The notes below the pieces were generated by a model that saw only the letters and a list, made by a program, of their open reading frames with translations, was not told where the DNA came from and did no database searches. A program made the translations under genes and the position numbers. Positions 19,900 through 24,195 of a DNA stretch of 24,195 bases are shown here, in pieces. This stretch comes from Tubiluchus corallicola. Taxonomy: Eukaryota; Animalia; Priapulida. The DNA is taken from assembly GCA_030141605.1 (NCBI GenBank), contig JAQGDQ010001823.1:1-24195 (forward strand), in the 5' to 3' direction. Within the stretch, counting starts at the first letter, position 1, and every line of letters starts with the position of its first letter.

Positions 19900-21078
19900 A
19901 TGAAACCCCACAAATGTGACTTATGTGACAAATCATTTTCTCAGCGAGGTAGTATTCTCAGGCACATGAACACTCATACTGGAATGAAACCCCACAAATG
20001 TGATATATGTGACAAATCATTCTCTCAGCGAGGTGATCTTCTCACACACATGAACACTCATACTGGAATGAAACCCCACAAATGTGATGTATGTGACAAA
20101 TCATTTTCTGTCCAAAGTAATCTTCTCAGGCACATGAATACTCACACTGGATTGAAACCCCACAAGTGTGACTTATGTGACAAATCATTTTCTGTGCGAG
20201 GTAGTCTTCTTACGCACATGAACACTCACACTGGAATGAAGCCCCACAAATGTGATATATGTGACAAATCATTCGCTCAGCGAGGTGATCTTCTCACACA
20301 CATGAACACTCATACTGGAATGAAACCCCACAAATGTGACTTATGTGACAAATCATTTTCTCAGCGAGGTCATCTTGTCAGTCACATGAACACTCATACT
20401 GGAATAAAACCCCACAAATGTGATTTATGTGACAAATCATTTTCTGTCCGAAGTAATCTTCTCAGGCATATGAACACTCATACTGGATTGAAACCCCACA
20501 GATGTGACTTATGTGACAAATCATTTGCTCAGCAAGGTGATCTTCTCAGGCACATGAACACTCATACTGGAATGAAACCCCACAGATGTGACTTATGTGA
20601 CAAAACATTTTCTGAGCGAGGGAATCTTCTCACACACATGAACACTCATACTGGATTAAAACCCCACAAATGTGACTTATGTGACAAATCATTTGCTCAG
20701 CGAGGTAGTCTTCTCACGCACATGAACACTCATACTGGAATGAAACACCACAAATGTGACTTATGTGACAAATCATTTTCTCAGCGAGGTAGTCTTCTCA
20801 AGCACATGAACACTCACACTGGATTGAAACCCCACAAATGTGACTTGTGTGACAAATCATTTTCTCGGCGAGGTAGTCTTCTCAAGCACATGAACACTCA
20901 TACTGGAACGAAACCCCACAAATGTGACTTATGTGACAAATCATTTTCTCAGCGAGGTAGTCTTTTCAGGCACATGAACACTCATACTGGAACGAAACCC
21001 CACAAATGTGACTTATGTGACAAATCATTTTCTCAGCGAGGTAGTCTTCTCAGGCACATGAACACTCATACTGCATAG
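19900..21078 (+). CDS. Tandem C2H2 zinc-finger array, 14 fingers (84-bp minisatellite); likely a terminal exon or effector-less ZNF, true 5' end uncertain
   Basis: 14 x 28-aa KPHKCDLCDKSFS.RG.LL.HMNTHTG, with all Cys/His ligands intact and no stops over 1179 nt. Confidence 0.9.
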   Translation: MKPHKCDLCDKSFSQRGSILRHMNTHTGMKPHKCDICDKSFSQRGDLLTHMNTHTGMKPHKCDVCDKSFSVQSNLLRHMNTHTGLKPHKCDLCDKSFSVRGSLLTHMNTHTGMKPHKCDICDKSFAQRGDLLTHMNTHTGMKPHKCDLCDKSFSQRGHLVSHMNTHTGIKPHKCDLCDKSFSVRSNLLRHMNTHTGLKPHRCDLCDKSFAQQGDLLRHMNTHTGMKPHRCDLCDKTFSERGNLLTHMNTHTGLKPHKCDLCDKSFAQRGSLLTHMNTHTGMKHHKCDLCDKSFSQRGSLLKHMNTHTGLKPHKCDLCDKSFSRRGSLLKHMNTHTGTKPHKCDLCDKSFSQRGSLFRHMNTHTGTKPHKCDLCDKSFSQRGSLLRHMNTHTA

Positions 21079-21246
21079 ACATGAGTCAACGTAGACATTA
21101 CAATGAATCAACATAGACATTACAATGAGTCAACATAGGCATTGCAATGAGTCAACATAGGCATTGCAATGAGTCAACATAGACATTACAATGAGTCAAC
21201 ATAGATATTACAATGAGTCAACATAAACAATACAGTGAGTCAACAT
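21074..21246 (+). repeat. 22-bp minisatellite (~7.5 copies, ATGAGTCAACATAGACATTACA) abutting the ZNF stop codon
   Basis: Units start at 21081, 21103, 21125, 21147, 21169, 21191, 21213 and 21235. Confidence 0.93.
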
Positions 21247-21402
21247 GTTACAGGTGCCATCGTGTAATCATGATAGTCGTCTGTTGTAAAAAAGACAGAC
21301 TGGTGACTTTAATGTTCTGTTTGAATACTTGCGGCATCAACCATTAAAACACACTAGCTGTTGGTCAGTCAGTTAGTCATAGATTACTTAAATCTATAAG
21401 CA

Positions 21403-21412
21403 AATAAATAAA
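21403..21412 (+). terminator. Candidate polyadenylation signals (overlapping AATAAA) for the ZNF transcript
   Basis: AATAAATAAA ~325 nt after the stop; the AT-rich background weakens this call. Confidence 0.3.
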
Positions 21413-21654
21413 AGATGATACAAAGAAAAAATAAATGATTACCAATTAGTGAACTAACTGGTTAATGGCGTGGCTTATGGCAGATAGCTTGATTAACCAA
21501 CTGACTGGCTCGCCGACTTATCCACTGACTGATGAACAACCAACCAACATTGCAGCTTAGGTTCAATTTATGAAGCTAGAGTTGGAAAAGTAGGAGTATT
21601 CATTTTGACTAGAAAAATATTCATTTGCTAAAGCAGTAGTGTTTGTCAAATAGG

Positions 21655-22108
21655 TGTAAGGTACTTGCTTATAAGGGACTACAAACACCGGTCCCGATTT
21701 TTCGTAACGTTTTTCTTATGTAAAAATCTTTGTATATAAGGTACTCGCATATAAGGGACTTTCGGTTATAAGAAACGATATCTTCAGGTCCCGTGTAAAG
21801 AAACCCAGGTAAATTACCTCGCATATAAGGGACCCTATAATCAAAGCGAAATTGATGGATTTTTAAGCTCAATTTTTCACCTTCGAACAGCTCGGTTTCT
21901 GCAGTCACATACATCTCGCATCACTGAAGGAGTTTCCTACATACCTTTTGCACTGAATGTGTAGCAATAATCCATAAGAATGTGGGTAAAAGTATAGAAA
22001 AGTACAGGTCTAGATACACCTTCGGTCTGACTCAGCTTCGGCTATAAGGAACATCTGATATAAGGGACGATTTTTTCCGGAGGTGTCACTTATATTCAAG
22101 GTTGAGTG
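21655..22108 (+). mobile_element. pogo/Tc1-type MITE lacking its left TIR, right TIR retained
   Basis: Colinear with ~12815-13099; ends CTTATATTCAAGGTTGAGTG|TA, a diverged inverse of TA|CAGTCAACCTCGGGTATAAG. Confidence 0.8.
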
Positions 22109-23900
22109 TATGTATCCATAGGACACACTTGGGTGCAAAATTGATGCAAAACTGTCTGTTATTTTGTTGACCTGTATATTGTAAACTAAATTAAAGCTTC
22201 TATTATAAATACTGCCCTACCGAAAATTGTGTATACATTGTATTAGTGAACAATTTCAAAAAGTACAATAATAACTTTTTAGTATAATATGTAATTTTAG
22301 ATTTAGTGTTATTATATGATGTAATTTGTGAGTTTCGATATAAAACAATTTTAAAAGTAAAACATAATTTAATATGTATTATTTAGTTTAATACATGTGA
22401 TATAGTGTATTGTATTTTTATACCATTTAATGTGTGCGCGTGTCTGTGTGCGCATGTTAGTGTGATGTACATGTAATGTGTAATATAATGTATACTCTAT
22501 AATCACAGATAATAAGATCAAAAAAATTAGATTTGGATAGAATAATGACAACTAAAAAGGGAAGGAAAATAAAAGTTTTAACTTCATCCTTTCCTTTTCT
22601 TGAAAACTTTTATTATAGTTTGATGTATTTTTATACTTATGTGTGCAAATTTTGTGTATCATGAAATGTTTTTTAACTCGTTCAATAAATAAATAATTTT
22701 TGACATAAAATGTGACGTCATAAAAGTGTTATATGTCAGTGCTGTGTATAATACATTTTGTTGTTTCTGTAACGGATTGTCGGAATCAACCATGGGAACA
22801 ATGGCGGCTCGCTAAACTTAGTGGGAGGGGGGGCTGCTTCAGAAAATTTTTAGTTGTTGTTCTAATACTGAGTAAAAAAAACAAACGTATGTAAATTTGA
22901 TGTTGTAATTTGTATTGTAAACAAACAAGCATGTGAAAGTTTATACATAAACTTGATAAAATCCTGAACAAAAAAATTTTTGCTTACGAATAGCCTAAAT
23001 TGTCGCAGTTCAAGAGTATGTCAGTACACGACTTTTAAGCATGTGAAAACTGACAACAAACTGCTTGAGGAACAGTACTTTCTCTACCTGGGCTCAGACA
23101 GGTGCACATGACTGCACGCGCATGACAGCCAAACACCACTGTGAAGCAAACAGTACTACCCTCACGTACTCTGAATCCGCACAAGTATCAAGACAGAACT
23201 AAAGAAAAAGGACTTATTATATTGAATATTGTCGATAACATTGAATGAAAATAGGGGTGCTGCAATTCCACAGTACCTATACACGAGCCGCCACTTGGAA
23301 TAAAATTAAAATCATAAGTCCTTCACGACAAAATTGAAAGCAAAATAAGTAATTAAGTCTTTGGGTTTCAATTTCGATTTTCAAACAAAAAAAAGAACCA
23401 AAATTTTTTATATGCAACCGAACACAGCTATTGCTTACGTCAGAAACTAATCACAGCTTGTGCAATGACAGGCGTCTTCCCTTGCATGTCAAGCACATTT
23501 GCATAAGTGTTACAGTATTTTTTAAATTTATGTCACAAAAAGTGTGCTTTACATCATGTGACGTCTTGAAACTAACACTGCAGTTCATGATCAAGGTTAT
23601 CACGGTACTGCCTTGTATTTGTCAGCAATGCAAATGTGAGAAAATGCGCTGCTGCCAATCTTAGTAGATTCACTGAGCCATGCGTAGCTTTGAGTGTTTA
23701 ACAAAATTTGAGTATCCCAGGTAATTATTATTTAATCTAAGCTCAGATTTAAAAAAACTATTGTAATTTTCAATATTTTAAAGCATTCTTTATTCTGAAC
23801 TAATGTTTCCAGGATCATCTGGTTTTCTTTTAAGAAATACCATTATTTTACTGTTCATGGCAAACCGAATTAGCTGATATACTTGGGCTAACCCGTCTAA

Positions 23901-24195
23901 TATGCGTCCTAGTTGGGCTAGCATATTTGCACCAATTGCTCCATTTTGGCTAGTGCCCTACTCCATGCCCAACAGTTATACAGCAGAAGCACCTAAGATG
24001 ATGATGATGTTTAGACGTAGAGATTCCCCTCTGAAAGCGAACTAGCAAGTGTGAACGACTTGGCAAGTTCTTCAAGTGGTGTGTGCCAGTCATTGTGTTT
24101 GTACTAGAATTGGGGAGCATCGCAAAAGCCAGCTTGGCTCTAACCATAATCTCATAAGTTATTTATTTCACATTACACATTTACAATAGTTTCAT
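23901..24195 (+). repeat. Duplicated segment, copy 2; begins with the likely right end (…CCCAACA, 23974) of a relative of the 9128-9858 MITE
   Basis: Matches 16217-16501. GTCCTA(C/G)TTGGGC, AGTGCCCTA and the terminal CCCAACA are shared with the Ginger-like element. Confidence 0.9.

Noticed and set aside
19900-21078. Assigning the symbol PRDM9
   Set aside because: No KRAB, SSXRD or PR/SET exons found in the window; only the evolutionary pattern is similar.
22713-22720. CRE palindrome TGACGTCA
   Set aside because: A single 8-mer with no linked TSS; plausible by chance in 24 kb.

Overview
AT-rich, repeat-laden eukaryotic (invertebrate animal-like) genomic DNA. The prokaryote-style ORF track is mostly artefact, and spliced genes had to be read by hand. 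From left to right: (1) The first five coding exons of a CPLANE1/C5orf42 ciliogenesis gene homolog on the minus strand (6455->878, continuing off the left edge). Its introns hold (CATT)n, (GA)n and a 19x74-bp minisatellite. (2) A 164-bp satellite array split at a TTAA by a 1.38-kb Kolobok-like non-autonomous element, which itself carries a nested 731-bp TGT...ACA (Ginger-like) MITE. (3) A complete three-exon secreted C-type lectin gene (minus strand, probable GC-AG intron) and a decayed partial tandem duplicate. (4) A fragmented non-LTR retrotransposon with a CCCH zinc finger next to its RT. (5) A 14-finger C2H2 array built as an 84-bp minisatellite whose recognition-helix variation is concentrated at DNA-contact positions -1/3/6, a PRDM9-like signature and the most interesting item here. 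(6) Several pogo/Tc1-type MITE pieces and signs of a ~7.7-kb segmental duplication running off the right edge. Homology calls rest on recalled family motifs, not on database searches.
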